Positions 47,855 to 56,752 of a stretch of DNA of 64,000 bases are shown here, piece after piece. Positions within the stretch are counted from its first letter, which is position 1, and each line of letters begins with the position of its first letter. The position numbers and the translations under genes were made by a program. The notes beneath the pieces are model-generated. The model saw only the letters and a list, made by a program, of their open reading frames with translations, was not told the origin of the DNA and ran no database searches. Origin of the DNA: Candidatus Omnitrophota bacterium (GTDB lineage: Bacteria; Omnitrophota; Gorgyraeia; B26-G9); NCBI GenBank assembly GCA_043805415.1, contig JAZDHZ010000007.1, positions 29,786 to 93,785 of the forward strand, in the 5' to 3' direction.

Positions 47855-49555
47855 CTAGTTTATCCTTTTATAAATATGCACATTTTCATAAGTATTATCA
47901 TTTTTAAGATCATCCAAAACAATAGCGTTTATTTTTTGAAACTTTTCACGCATTGCAACCAGGCTTATTACATCAGCATCTTTAACAATTAACTGATTGG
48001 CGGTTTTTAAATTCATTTGCTCAAGAAACCGGCGGAAACTTTTTTTTGTTATCCATTGCTGGTCTGAGCGGCTAACAAAAATCATAATATCAAAATCATT
48101 TAATCCCGCCCAAAACACATCAGAACAAAACGAAAAATCAACTATTTGCGCTTTTTTTTGCGGTTTTAAACCAACTAATCTGACAAAATATGAAGGGAAA
48201 AATAAACCGATATTATCATTATCATAAAAAATCCCCACTTTAGCATCGCTATTGCCGATATTTTCCAGAACTTGGTTAACATCATAACTTCCGTTTTCCG
48301 AATAGGTTGCGTTTATTTTTGGCAAAGGCGGATAATAAGTAGCATAAAACATTCTATCTTTGCCCAATGAGAGCCGATAATAACTGAAAATGCTTATACA
48401 GATAACTGCGGCTATAATCAGAATTCGGATGAATTTTCTGTTTATGCTTGCTATTGCTAAACCAGTTATCAATCCAAAAGCCGGCAAATAAGCAATCGTG
48501 TATTCCGCGTATTTAAGTTTAATGAACGTAAACACGCAAAACGGCACTAATCCCCATAGGATTAGGATATATTTTATATATTTCGTGTTTTCTATATCTT
48601 TTGGATTTACTTTTTCTTTTAAGATTACTTTATCTTTTGCGTTTTGTTCAATCATGCCAAAATTAAAAAAAGCCGCGATCAATAGGAATAAGAAAAAAGC
48701 TCCGATTGTATTCAGCAATGAAACCAAATAATAACTAAGATGTTCAAAGGAAAACAGATTGTTGTTATTTACCGCTCCGATAAAGCCAGCTCGGTTCAGC
48801 ACACTCAGATAAACACCTTGATTATAGTAAAAAATAGAACTTATTAAAACCCCGATGCTCAGACAGATAAACAGATTAAGCTTTCTTTTATCCAAAATAA
48901 GACTTGCTTGTTTTTGGGAAAAGCATGCCCATAAGTAAAAACCCATTGGCCCAGAGATATAAATAAAAAATGTCTGTTTTGTCAGCATGCCCAAGCCTAA
49001 AAAAACACCCAGAAAAAAAGAAAATTTCAGATTCTGAAAAAAGTCAGTTTTAAGCAGAAAGTAAATACTTACCGCGCTCATAGCCGAAAGCGCGAGTTCA
49101 ATACTAAAATGCCGGGATGAGAGAAAAATCATCGGATACATGCCGCAGATAAAAGCACTGATGATTCCGGCAAGCGGGCTGATCCGGTTCGCGATAGCAT
49201 AAACACTTAAAAGCAAAATAATCAGATAAAAAGTATTGGTCAGCAAAGCCGCGTTCATAATAAAACTGCCTAATAGTAAATTTACTATACAAGCGCTGGC
49301 ATAAAACAAAGGCGGATAATCAATCACCCCGAAAACCAGATTATAAACCAGGCTTTTTTCCTGGCGATAAAAAGGATTATGTTTCCCGTTTTCAATAATC
49401 TGTTTAAAATTAGAATACGCGGTTAGATGCGCGTAGCTATCCTTGCCCTCGGCCAAAGGATGCTTGGCTAAAAAATAGAGATTATTCGTAATATGAAAAA
49501 TAATTAAAATTGCTAGTAACCCCAGGCATATGTATTTTATTTTTTTTTCATTCAT
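47855..49555 (-). CDS. polytopic membrane protein, probable GT-C-type (ArnT/PMT-like) glycosyltransferase
   Basis: 566 aa, multi-TM with a large C-terminal non-membrane domain. Adjacent genes abut it exactly at both ends. Confidence 0.5.
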   Translation of the reverse strand: MNEKKIKYICLGLLAILIIFHITNNLYFLAKHPLAEGKDSYAHLTAYSNFKQIIENGKHNPFYRQEKSLVYNLVFGVIDYPPLFYASACIVNLLLGSFIMNAALLTNTFYLIILLLSVYAIANRISPLAGIISAFICGMYPMIFLSSRHFSIELALSAMSAVSIYFLLKTDFFQNLKFSFFLGVFLGLGMLTKQTFFIYISGPMGFYLWACFSQKQASLILDKRKLNLFICLSIGVLISSIFYYNQGVYLSVLNRAGFIGAVNNNNLFSFEHLSYYLVSLLNTIGAFFLFLLIAAFFNFGMIEQNAKDKVILKEKVNPKDIENTKYIKYILILWGLVPFCVFTFIKLKYAEYTIAYLPAFGLITGLAIASINRKFIRILIIAAVICISIFSYYRLSLGKDRMFYATYYPPLPKINATYSENGSYDVNQVLENIGNSDAKVGIFYDNDNIGLFFPSYFVRLVGLKPQKKAQIVDFSFCSDVFWAGLNDFDIMIFVSRSDQQWITKKSFRRFLEQMNLKTANQLIVKDADVISLVAMREKFQKINAIVLDDLKNDNTYENVHIYKRIN

Positions 49556-50410
49556 TTATTTTTCCGGATTAGCTACTTGAATATTAACATCATCCACTAA
49601 TACCATTGGTAAAGGCATTCCCCGCGCCTGGTTTAAGGTAATTTCCAGCATTATTGCTCTTCCGTCATTAGGCACAGTTCCCTTTAATTCAATATATTCC
49701 CATTGGCTGCAAGCCGAGCCGGAAACACTGGCCAGATTATCCCATTGGCCATTAGGCTTAAGCACATTAACTGTAAATTTTATAATATCTCCTTTATACC
49801 ATAGACTTGCCTTTACATCCGCGTTGGGTAAAACCCCTAACCAGCATTCTGTCTGTCTATAACTATAAGCGTTATTAATCAGGCTTTTAGCCGTTTTTTT
49901 TGAATAATGATAACGGCTAGCCGGAACAAGACATTGAATTTTCAGACAGCTGGGCGCGGAATGAAACTCCTTACTATCAATACTGGCAATACTTTTTGAA
50001 TTAGGAAATAATTTCCCGCCATCAGAAGTTACCCAATGCTCCAAGCCCTGGTTAAAATCATTGTTCTCGAGTTTATGGTCAGGACTAAAATAATTTTTCT
50101 CAATATGAGTTTTAATATATCTCTCCGACTCAAAAAACTGTTTATAAAAAAAGCCTTTTATCGGCTCATAAAATATCCAGAATGAAAATATGGCCGTCAT
50201 TGCCAGGATTAAAATTATCTGAATCGGACCAAGATTAATCGCGTCTTCATCAACATTTGACTGCTCAGGATTTTTCTCCTCCTCAAAAAACCATCGAATA
50301 ATTTTCAACAGTTTATTTTCTTTCTTTGTTTTATGATCCTTGGGATCTTTATTCTCCTTACTCTCTTTATCTGCCGCATTCTCTTTATTGCCTTTATTTT
50401 CCTGATTCAT
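49556..50410 (-). CDS. membrane-anchored hypothetical protein (K/E-rich cytoplasmic tail, single TM, extracytoplasmic beta-rich domain)
   Basis: The N-terminus is low-complexity (NKENAADKESKENKDPKDHKTKKENK). A TM segment (ILILAMTAIFSFWIF) follows. The C-terminal domain has Trp/Cys in a CBM-like pattern. Confidence 0.45.
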   Translation of the reverse strand: MNQENKGNKENAADKESKENKDPKDHKTKKENKLLKIIRWFFEEEKNPEQSNVDEDAINLGPIQIILILAMTAIFSFWIFYEPIKGFFYKQFFESERYIKTHIEKNYFSPDHKLENNDFNQGLEHWVTSDGGKLFPNSKSIASIDSKEFHSAPSCLKIQCLVPASRYHYSKKTAKSLINNAYSYRQTECWLGVLPNADVKASLWYKGDIIKFTVNVLKPNGQWDNLASVSGSACSQWEYIELKGTVPNDGRAIMLEITLNQARGMPLPMVLVDDVNIQVANPEK

Positions 50411-52085
50411 CGCCCCTCCTTTTTACCAGAAAATCGCCTATAGCCAGATAATCCAGCCCGCTTTTCTGAAAACTGTTTATCGCGTCTTGCGGACTGCGGA
50501 CAATCGGTTCTTCATGAATATTAAAACTCGTATTTAATACTCCCGGAATATTGGTAATCTGTTTATATTCAGTAAGAATCTGATACAAATCATTATTTGA
50601 CTCGCCACAGACAAACTGCGGCCGGGTTGTCTTGTCTTTGTGCACAGCCGCGGGACAGGTTCTTTGAAAATAATCCGTTGCCTTAAAACTTATATTCATA
50701 AACTGTCCGGAATATTCCGCCTTTTGCGTATTAACGCAGCATTTTGACTTATATTCATCAAGAATACTTGGACCAAAAGGCATAAATCCGTCTCTGCGCA
50801 GTTTAATGTTCAGAGAATTCTGGATATCGCTGTCTGTGGCCTGCGCCAGAATCGAGCGGTTGCCCAAAGCTCTTGGCCCAAACTCCATCCTTCCACTAAA
50901 CCTGGCGACAACTTTTTCCTGACTAAGCAATTCGGCGATCTGCCTATGAATATGATTGCTTTTTATATATTCAATTTTTAGAGCTTCCAGGGTTTCTTGG
51001 ATTTGCTCATTTGAATAGCTTGGCCCCCAGAAAACATTGTTTACTTTAAACGGCTTTTGTTTTTTAACGAAAAAAGCCGCGCCTAAACCTAATCCGCCGT
51101 CCCCCATATGCGGACAGACAAACAACGTTTCTACCGGCGCGAGTTCGCAGATTTTCTGATTAACTTTTATATTAGCAAAAAATCCGCCGCTGAGCACAAC
51201 TTTGGAAATACCGGTTTTCTCAACCCAATAAGCCACTATTCGCTCTAAACAATCCTCAGCCTGTTTTTGAAAAGAAGCCGCGACTTCCTGTTTACTGAAT
51301 GTTTTTAAGCGGCTGAATATTTCCCTGTCTTTAACAAAAGGATTCTTTGGTTTAAATCTGCCTTTTTTTACGCGCAAAAGTCTGATTGCCTGCTCTAAAG
51401 CCGGGTATTCATCACCATAAGCCGCCAGTCCCATTACCTTGCCTTCATCCTGTATCGGCTTAAACCCGAGAAATTCAGTTAAGCGCGAATAATAAAGAGT
51501 TATATCATTTAAAGCGCTTTGCCGGAATAGCGGCTTTATTATTCCGTCCCTGCCGATATTAACGCTAAAGGACACGCCGTCGCCTAATCCGTCAATAGTA
51601 ATAATCAAAGCATTGTCAAAGCCGCAAATACTATAAGCGCAATAAGCATGCGCTGTATGATGGTCAACACTAATCACTTTGGCTTTAATTCCCAGCCTGC
51701 TTAATTTTCGGCTTAAAACCCCGCGGCTTAAAAACGCTTCGATTTTTTTAAGCAAAATAAATTTTTCCGCCAGAACCTGATAAGTAATATACCCGGCTAA
51801 TAAAAAGCTGAATTGCTTATTGCCGCTTCTAAGCTTAGCATGGCTTTGGGAAAATAACCTTAAAATAAATGCCGGAGTCATGTCCGAAGCCGCGGCAACC
51901 AAACTGACATCTTCGGGTTTTATTTTCTTTAAACGTAAAACTTCTTTGATTGACAAAACCGGAAATCCGCCCTGAAGTTTAATCCGGCTCAAACGCTCTT
52001 CATTAACCGCGACAATTTCAGGGGATTGACTGCTGAGCAAAGCCGCGCCCGCGTCCTGGCTGTCGCAGATTCCGAGTATATACAT
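50394..52085 (-). CDS. carbamoyltransferase, NodU/CmcH family
   Basis: The N-terminus MYILGICDSQDAGAALL...VNEERLSRIK is the Kae1/YgjD-like ASKHA start of NodU/CmcH. The size (563 aa) and the C-terminal carbamoyltransferase domain fit the family. Confidence 0.85.
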   Translation of the reverse strand: MYILGICDSQDAGAALLSSQSPEIVAVNEERLSRIKLQGGFPVLSIKEVLRLKKIKPEDVSLVAAASDMTPAFILRLFSQSHAKLRSGNKQFSFLLAGYITYQVLAEKFILLKKIEAFLSRGVLSRKLSRLGIKAKVISVDHHTAHAYCAYSICGFDNALIITIDGLGDGVSFSVNIGRDGIIKPLFRQSALNDITLYYSRLTEFLGFKPIQDEGKVMGLAAYGDEYPALEQAIRLLRVKKGRFKPKNPFVKDREIFSRLKTFSKQEVAASFQKQAEDCLERIVAYWVEKTGISKVVLSGGFFANIKVNQKICELAPVETLFVCPHMGDGGLGLGAAFFVKKQKPFKVNNVFWGPSYSNEQIQETLEALKIEYIKSNHIHRQIAELLSQEKVVARFSGRMEFGPRALGNRSILAQATDSDIQNSLNIKLRRDGFMPFGPSILDEYKSKCCVNTQKAEYSGQFMNISFKATDYFQRTCPAAVHKDKTTRPQFVCGESNNDLYQILTEYKQITNIPGVLNTSFNIHEEPIVRSPQDAINSFQKSGLDYLAIGDFLVKRRGDESGK

Positions 52086-53042
52086 TTAAACTTTTTCCTT
52101 GTTCTCTGGTTTTATTCTGTAACTGGACTGGTCGCGCATACCGGAATAAAGCCGGATAACAATCTCGGCTAAAATCCCGATTAAAATAAACTGAATGCCA
52201 ATTATAAAAAAAAGCACGAATAAAAATAAAAGCGGGCTGACCCACTGCCCGGCCCATAAGACTTTGCGCAGAACGATAAACACGCCGATGAGTACGGAAA
52301 ATACCACGGAAACCAGGCCAATGCCGCCGAATACCTGCATCGGTTTGGCCATGAATTTCCAGGTAAATAAAATCGTCAACATATCCAGGATAACTTTAAA
52401 AAACCGCGACGCGCCGTATTTTGAGCAGCCGTGTTTTCTTTCATGATGGCGCACCGGGATTTCACCGATCTTCGCTCCCTGTATGGCCGCGCATAAAGGT
52501 AAAAACCGGTGAATATCCCCTTTAAATTCAATATCTTTCAGCACCTTCGCTTTATAGGCTTTTAAGGTACAGCCCAGATCATGCAGTTTTACCCCGGTCA
52601 AGCGGGCGCTGAGAAAATTCGCCAGCGCTGAAGGCAGTTTTTTGCCCCAGAAACTGTCCCGGCGCTTGATCCGCCAGCCGCTGACCACATCATAGCCCTG
52701 GCTGATTTTATCCAGCAGTTTGGGGATATCCCGCGGATCATTCTGCAGATCAGCATCCATAGTCACAATCAGCTTGGCCAAAGCATTATCCACACCCGCG
52801 GCAATTGCCTGGGTCTGTCCGTAATTTCTTAAAAAGGTTATTATCCGCGCGTGCTTATCGGCTTGGGCTATTTCCTCAAGCTCCTGGCTGCTGTTATCCG
52901 TACTGCCGTCATTAATAAAAATAACTTCATAATTAAAATCCATTTTACTCATCACATCAGTAATCTGCTGATCCAGGATCTTAAGATTGCCCTGTTCATT
53001 AAAAACCGGGATGATAATCGATACTTGAATATTATTTTCCAT
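52086..53042 (-). CDS. polyprenol-phosphate glycosyltransferase GT2 (ArnC/GtrB/Dpm1-like) with C-terminal TM helices
   Basis: VSIIIPVFNEQGNL and TMDADLQNDP (DAD.Q) are present, followed by two C-terminal hydrophobic helices. Confidence 0.85.
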   Translation of the reverse strand: MENNIQVSIIIPVFNEQGNLKILDQQITDVMSKMDFNYEVIFINDGSTDNSSQELEEIAQADKHARIITFLRNYGQTQAIAAGVDNALAKLIVTMDADLQNDPRDIPKLLDKISQGYDVVSGWRIKRRDSFWGKKLPSALANFLSARLTGVKLHDLGCTLKAYKAKVLKDIEFKGDIHRFLPLCAAIQGAKIGEIPVRHHERKHGCSKYGASRFFKVILDMLTILFTWKFMAKPMQVFGGIGLVSVVFSVLIGVFIVLRKVLWAGQWVSPLLFLFVLFFIIGIQFILIGILAEIVIRLYSGMRDQSSYRIKPENKEKV

Positions 53043-53060
53043 GTTATATTATCCTATTTA

Positions 53061-54215
53061 TTATTGCCATGACTGAGCGTAAATATTCAGTAAATTCTCT
53101 GCCGTGGTCTGCCAATTATACAGTTCTTCCGCTCTTTGGCGCGCTTTTTTGGCTAATCTCCGGCGCAAAGGTTCATCCTCCAAAAGTTTAATTATCCCGC
53201 GGGCTAAGTCCTCGGAATCTCCGGGTAAAGTAAGGATTCCGGCTCCGCCAAGCATCCGCTTTACTTCCCCAACATCACTGGCGACAATCGGCTTACCGCT
53301 GGCTAAATACTCGGCGATTTTAAGCGGGCTTTTACACTGGGTAATGTCATTATCCTCAAAACAAGCCACGCAAATATCAGTTGCCGCTAAGTACAGCGGC
53401 GTTTCTTGATGGCTGATTGCCCCGGTAAAAATAATCTGCTTAGCCATATCCATATCCTTAGCCATTTTTTTTAATTCCTCCAAACGGTAACCGCCGCCGA
53501 TAATAAAAAAAATTATTCCTTTCATCTGATTGCTGATCATTTTGGCCGCGCGGATAAACTGCTCCGCGTATTGGCCGCCGTGCAATTGGCCGAGATAGCT
53601 GATGATCGGGCCATGAATATTATACTTTTCTCTGATCCGGACAGGAGAAATATCCGGATTAAATAAATCAAGATCCGCGCCCACCGGAGCCATGGCGATT
53701 TTATCTGGCTTAATGCCGTATTTAATACACTCCTGCTTCAGGCGCTGGCTGGAAACCGAGATAGTGTCGCAAAGATTCGGGATATAGCGCTCTAAAGCCC
53801 AAAGAAAACTGCCGGCCAAACGCGGCTGTTTAGCGCAATAGTAAAATATTTTTATTTCCCAGTCATCCCAGTCATAATGTACTGGCTTATTATTTATAAA
53901 ACCCGCGAGCAAAGCCGGCAATGCCGCGTAATAAAAACACTTTTGGACATGAATTATATCCGCCCATCTGGCCTGAGCGCGGACACGGCCGATATTCTTA
54001 AAATAATTATTAATTCCCAGCCTCCGGCTTAAAGGAATATATTCAATGCCTTGGATTGTAAAATCAGCCTGCTGCTCCTGATATTCCAAAGGAAAATAAA
54101 TTATTTTCACGCTATGGCCTTTCCGCTTAAATTCCTGGGCGATTTTTTTAATCCGGATCGTCCAGGGCTCTTTGCGCGAAAACAAATCATGGGGATGAAT
54201 CATTAATATATTCAT
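53061..54215 (-). CDS. glycosyltransferase family 4 (GT-B fold)
   Basis: GT4 motifs are present (GKPIVASDVGEVKRML, EX7E-type). It is the first gene of the 54215->34005 operon. Confidence 0.8.
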   Translation of the reverse strand: MNILMIHPHDLFSRKEPWTIRIKKIAQEFKRKGHSVKIIYFPLEYQEQQADFTIQGIEYIPLSRRLGINNYFKNIGRVRAQARWADIIHVQKCFYYAALPALLAGFINNKPVHYDWDDWEIKIFYYCAKQPRLAGSFLWALERYIPNLCDTISVSSQRLKQECIKYGIKPDKIAMAPVGADLDLFNPDISPVRIREKYNIHGPIISYLGQLHGGQYAEQFIRAAKMISNQMKGIIFFIIGGGYRLEELKKMAKDMDMAKQIIFTGAISHQETPLYLAATDICVACFEDNDITQCKSPLKIAEYLASGKPIVASDVGEVKRMLGGAGILTLPGDSEDLARGIIKLLEDEPLRRRLAKKARQRAEELYNWQTTAENLLNIYAQSWQ

Positions 54216-55072
54216 AAAAATTCCTTAATGTCTTTATCACTATACGCTTTTAAGTATTGCGTTGTGAGTCGTGCGTATTGCGCAAAAAGAACTAACAAAT
54301 AAACAACTAATATGCTTTTTCGCTTTTTCTAACCGCTATTCGCTGTACTCAATACTATTTTCTTTGTGACTTTGTGTCCTTGTAACCATCGTATCGAAGG
54401 CGGTCCGGAATCAATCATTTTGGCTCATTCTCGCATTACATCCTGTAATGCTCCGAGGATGAATCTCTGATTTTGTCAGTCCTATCAAAATCAGGCTTCA
54501 AACCCGCCTAAATAATTATTCCTGCCCTCCAAAGTGTACAGTTATTAATTACGAATTTTTAGTTTTTACCATTAGCCATCGACCATCATCCATTAGCCCT
54601 ACGCTTTTACTTTGTGACCTGGTGACTTTACAAACTTTATAAACTGTTTTGTCTTGTGTCCTTGCGTAGAGCAACTTTTTCTAAAGATGATCATCATCTT
54701 AAAAACAAATTAATAAAGAACTAAACGCTATTCGCAGATAGCTAATGACTAATGGTCACTAGTCTATTCGCCAGGCGAAAATTCTCTTTTAGCGGCGCTT
54801 TAAATGAGAGCCTGACTTACTGAGTGTTAGCGAAGTCAAGTCAGCCTGCTCGAATTTAGTCCGAAATAGCTGCGACCTAGCAGATATTTTCGGAATCATT
54901 AGCGAGAACGCGCGGCTGAGCCTGTACGATGCAGGCTCAGGCTTAGCTAAAAGATGTGTTTTTGCCTGTCAAACAACTCTTGCGTGTCATTAATTTTTAA
55001 CACGTTAACCTATTACCCCTCAACCTGCTTTTCTGCTTTGGCTATAAGTCATGCGCTATGCGCTAAACGCTA
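54216..55072. other. 857-bp ORF-free, locally GC-richer inter-operon region with multiple stable hairpins and short motif repeats (possible ncRNA or regulatory region)
   Basis: No ORF of 60 aa or more lies on either strand. There are three clear hairpins: gcattacatcctgtaatgc (54433-54451), ctgattttgtcagtcctatcaaaatcag (54467-54494) and gagcctgtacgatgcaggctc (54918-54938). Recurring motifs include ccattag/ctaatgg and ttgtgtccttg. Confidence 0.4.
54253..54356. repeat. IR-flanked conserved intergenic element, copy B (upstream of the GT4 gene 53061..54215), with a ~28-nt insertion relative to copy A
   Basis: agtattgcgttgtgagtcgtgcgtattgcgcaaaaaga...aataaacaac...cgctgtactcaatact. The termini agtattg/caatact are inverted. 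The core shared with copy A covers about 60 nt. Confidence 0.5.
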
Positions 55073-56752
55073 TTAGTTTCCTGGGAAAACAATCGATTTC
55101 CGGATTTTCTTTAAAATTAATAAATAAAACTCAATAATAATACTTGCGCCAAATAAAGCCAAAAGCAGGATAAACTTAAATATTTTATGTTCGCGCTTAA
55201 ATTGTCCCGGATTAAGAACAGTTAAGTCCTTGTCCTTGTCCTTGTTCTTTTTCTGATTCAAAATTTCTGTTTCTTCAATTATTAAGCTATCCTTTGCTTT
55301 TGGATTAAAGTTTTCATCCTGGTAATTTACAATCAGGTTTTTAATCTTTAGCTCTTTAAGTAGATCACAGATCCGCTTAACCCGCTGATTCCGCTCGGCC
55401 TGGGATAAATTATTTTCATCTGTCCATTTGCCTGGATCAAGCGGGTCAAGAAATTTAATCCCAAAACGCCGCGGATAAATCCCCACGTCAGAACCCGGCA
55501 TCAGCACAAAAGAAGAAACATTGGTCACCTGAGATATATATTTACAGTTGCGCTTAATAAAATCAATTGTCTGCTGAAAATCCTCTTCAGTCTCCCCGGG
55601 AAAACCGACAATAATATTCAGGCTTCCCTGGATGCCGGCTTTAAAGCTTTTTTCCAGCACTGCCTGGGCATCAGCAGCTGTATAATGTTTGTTCATTTGC
55701 TTTAAAATCCTGTCTGAGCCGCTTTCCAGTCCATAACACAAAGAATTACATCCGGCCTGTTTCAGATCATCGAGCAGTTCCTGAGTCATGTTTTTTCTGA
55801 TTGCCGCGTAGCTGATCCAGGTTAAATTAAGCTTTTCTTCCCGGATTTGTTTACAGAGCTTATCCAGAGCATGCGGATTGCCGTTACAAAGCAAATCATT
55901 AAACTCAATATGAGTTATATTGTATTTCTGTTTAAGATATTTCAGCTCTTGAATTATAAGCTCCGGGCTTTTCATCCGGAAACTTCCGCAAATATACCAG
56001 TCAATACAATAACCGCATTGATTGATACAGCCGCGGCTAAGCAGCATGGGCAGCGGATGATATTCGCTGTTTTTATTATAGCGGTTTAAATCAAATTCCT
56101 GGAAATCCGGATAAGGCAGGCTGTTTAAATCTTTTATCGGCTGCCAGGGCAGATAGGCTATATCTGCCGAATCTTGGGCATAAAGCAGTCCCGGGATTTT
56201 TGAACATAAATAATCCGCGGACGGATTATTTGAAAATTCCCGGATGAATTTTTCCAGGGCCAGCTCGCCCTCGCCGATTATAAAAAAATCAATGTTTTTG
56301 GTTGCAATCGCCTTTCTGTCCCAGCTGTGATAAATCCCCGGTCCTCCGAGAATAATAACTTTGTCGGGATATTTAAGCTTTATTTTATCCGCGGCAAATC
56401 CGGCAAAAACCGCGCTGATCAGATTATTGGCGGAAAAGCCGATGATTTTATACTGTTCCAAACTATCAACAAACCGCTCAATATGGTTTTCAAAAGCCTG
56501 AAAAATATTTTCGGCGATCTTTACCGGCTTGATCCGGTTGATTTCAGCCAAATGCCAAAACAGCTGTTGTTGGGAGTCTGCCTGTTCGTATAAATCCAGA
56601 TTTAAATCAAAAATATCTGCCGCTAGGCCTTTGGCCCTTAAGTACGCGGATAAACAAGCAATGCCCAAAGGCGGCATTACCACTCCCCAGGGCGGACAAT
56701 TAACTAAAATTAATTTATTCATTTGCTGCCTTTTAGGTTTAGTTTTAAACAA
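55073..56752 (-). CDS. cobalamin-binding-domain radical SAM protein (class B) with C-terminal TM helix
   Basis: B12 N-terminal domain and CINQCGYCIDW (CX3CX2C) are present. The C-terminal hydrophobic segment is FKFILLLALFGASIIIEFYLLIL. Confidence 0.85.
   Translation of the reverse strand: MFKTKPKRQQMNKLILVNCPPWGVVMPPLGIACLSAYLRAKGLAADIFDLNLDLYEQADSQQQLFWHLAEINRIKPVKIAENIFQAFENHIERFVDSLEQYKIIGFSANNLISAVFAGFAADKIKLKYPDKVIILGGPGIYHSWDRKAIATKNIDFFIIGEGELALEKFIREFSNNPSADYLCSKIPGLLYAQDSADIAYLPWQPIKDLNSLPYPDFQEFDLNRYNKNSEYHPLPMLLSRGCINQCGYCIDWYICGSFRMKSPELIIQELKYLKQKYNITHIEFNDLLCNGNPHALDKLCKQIREEKLNLTWISYAAIRKNMTQELLDDLKQAGCNSLCYGLESGSDRILKQMNKHYTAADAQAVLEKSFKAGIQGSLNIIVGFPGETEEDFQQTIDFIKRNCKYISQVTNVSSFVLMPGSDVGIYPRRFGIKFLDPLDPGKWTDENNLSQAERNQRVKRICDLLKELKIKNLIVNYQDENFNPKAKDSLIIEETEILNQKKNKDKDKDLTVLNPGQFKREHKIFKFILLLALFGASIIIEFYLLILKKIRKSIVFPGN

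Noticed and set aside
54216-55072. CRISPR array, cobalamin riboswitch or tRNA in the long non-coding region
   Set aside because: The repeats are irregular in length and spacing (not CRISPR-like). No B12-box (GCCACTG) and no tRNA T-loop (GTTCGAATC-like) motif was seen. It is retained only as an unspecified structured region.
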